A stretch of DNA of 64,000 nt from Octopus sinensis (Eukaryota), in assembly GCF_006345805.1 (NCBI RefSeq), contig NC_043014.1, forward strand, positions 30,628,001 through 30,692,000, in the 5' to 3' direction. The notes below the pieces were generated by a model. The model was not told where the DNA came from. It worked only from the letters and a program-made list of their open reading frames with translations, and did no database searches. Positions 62,943 to 64,000 of the stretch are shown piece after piece. The position numbers and the translations under genes are program-made. Positions within the stretch are counted from its first letter, which is position 1, and each line of letters begins with the position of its first letter.

Positions 62943-64000
62943 AAATTGACTTCTCTGATACTTTCAAACCTACTTTCTTGCTATCACGATTTTTCAGTAC
63001 CCTCTATTCATATTTTCTTTCAGTTTTCAACATACCATTCATGTAATGTTTTTCGTTTAGCCTTGCTCGTCTCCCTATTTGCTCCCGTTTCATAGCCACT
63101 CATCGTCTCCCCTAAAAATTTGACTTCTCTGATACTTTCAAACCTACTTTCTTGCTATCACGATTTTTCAGTACCCTCTATTCATATTTTCTTTCAGTTT
63201 TCAACATACCATTCATGTAATGTTTTTCGTTTAGCCTTGTCTCGTCTCCCTATTTGCTCCCGTTTCATAGCCACTCATCGTCTCCCCTAAAAATTTGACT
63301 TCTCTGATACTTTCAAACCTACTTTCTTGCAATCACGATTTTTCAGTACCCTCTATTCATATTTTCTTTCAGTTTTCAACATACCATTCATGTAATGTTT
63401 TTCGTTTAGTCTTGTCTCGTCTCCCTATTTGCTCCCGTTTCATAGCCACTCATCGTCTCCCCTAAAAATTTGACTTCTCTGATACTTTCAAACCTACTTT
63501 CTTGCAATCACGATTTTTCAGTACCCTCTATTCATATTTTCTTTCAGTTTTCAACATACCATTCATGTAATGTTTTTCGTTTAGTCTTGTCTCGTCTCCC
63601 TATTTGCTCCCGTTTCATAGCCACTCATCGTCTCCCCTAAAAATTTGACTTCTCTGATACTTTCAAACCTACTTTCTTGCAATCACGATTTTTCAGTACC
63701 CTCTATTCATATTTTCTTTCAGTTTTCAACATACCATTCATGTAATGTTTTTCGTTTAGTCTTGTCTCGTCTCCCTATTTGCTCCCGTTTCATAGCCACT
63801 CATCGTCTCCCCTAAAAATTTGACTTCTCTGATACTTTCAACCTACTTTCTTGCAATCACGATTTTTCAGTACCCTCTATTCATATTTTCTTTCGGTTTT
63901 CAACATACCATTCAAGTAATGTTTTTCGTTTAGCCTTGTCTCGTCTCCCTATTTGCTCCCGTTTCATAGCCACTCATCGTCTCCCCTAAAAATTGACCTT
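62943..64000. repeat. 175-bp tandem satellite, 6 or more units, running off the window end
   Basis: The gacttctctg marker recurs at 62948, 63122, 63297, 63472, 63647 and 63822, and a partial gac unit start follows at 63995. Confidence 0.97.

Noticed and set aside
62943-64000. CRISPR-like array
   Set aside because: The units are full-length near-identical 175-mers with no unique spacers, and no cas genes are present. It is a satellite.

Overview
Eukaryotic, AT-rich and extremely repeat-dense genomic DNA. The SINE, LINE and MITE repertoire looks like an octopus or other coleoid cephalopod (inference from recalled repeat families, not searched). The only confidently identified host gene is the 3' half of checkpoint kinase 1 (CHEK1/Chk1) on the minus strand, with five exons at 58741-58837, 57272-57431, 56526-56657, 54441-54541 and 52492-52617. 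The kinase-domain exons were not found and presumably lie beyond position 64000. The fourth of these exons is 101 nt long and carries a 1-nt frameshift. The rest of the window is transposable-element derived: a young, nearly intact CR1-type LINE (45265-49077), several decayed RTE LINEs and many copies of their 3' tail, three mariner relics, a Tigger/pogo fragment, a CRE-like fragment, Merlin-like, piggyBac-like, hAT-like and Tc2-like MITEs, several tRNA-derived SINE families, microsatellites and a 175-bp satellite. The observations most worth following up are: (1) a likely -1 recoding signal between LINE ORF1 and an ORF2 that has no early AUG, (2) a 55-bp hairpin whose mismatches are almost all G-U pairs on the minus strand, (3) the Chk1 frameshift, (4) local templated duplications and inversions, one of them captured inside a MITE, and (5) a possible unannotated spliced gene at about 18.9-19.9 kb. 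No CRISPR array, Fanzor/TnpB ORF, rRNA or true tRNA gene was seen.
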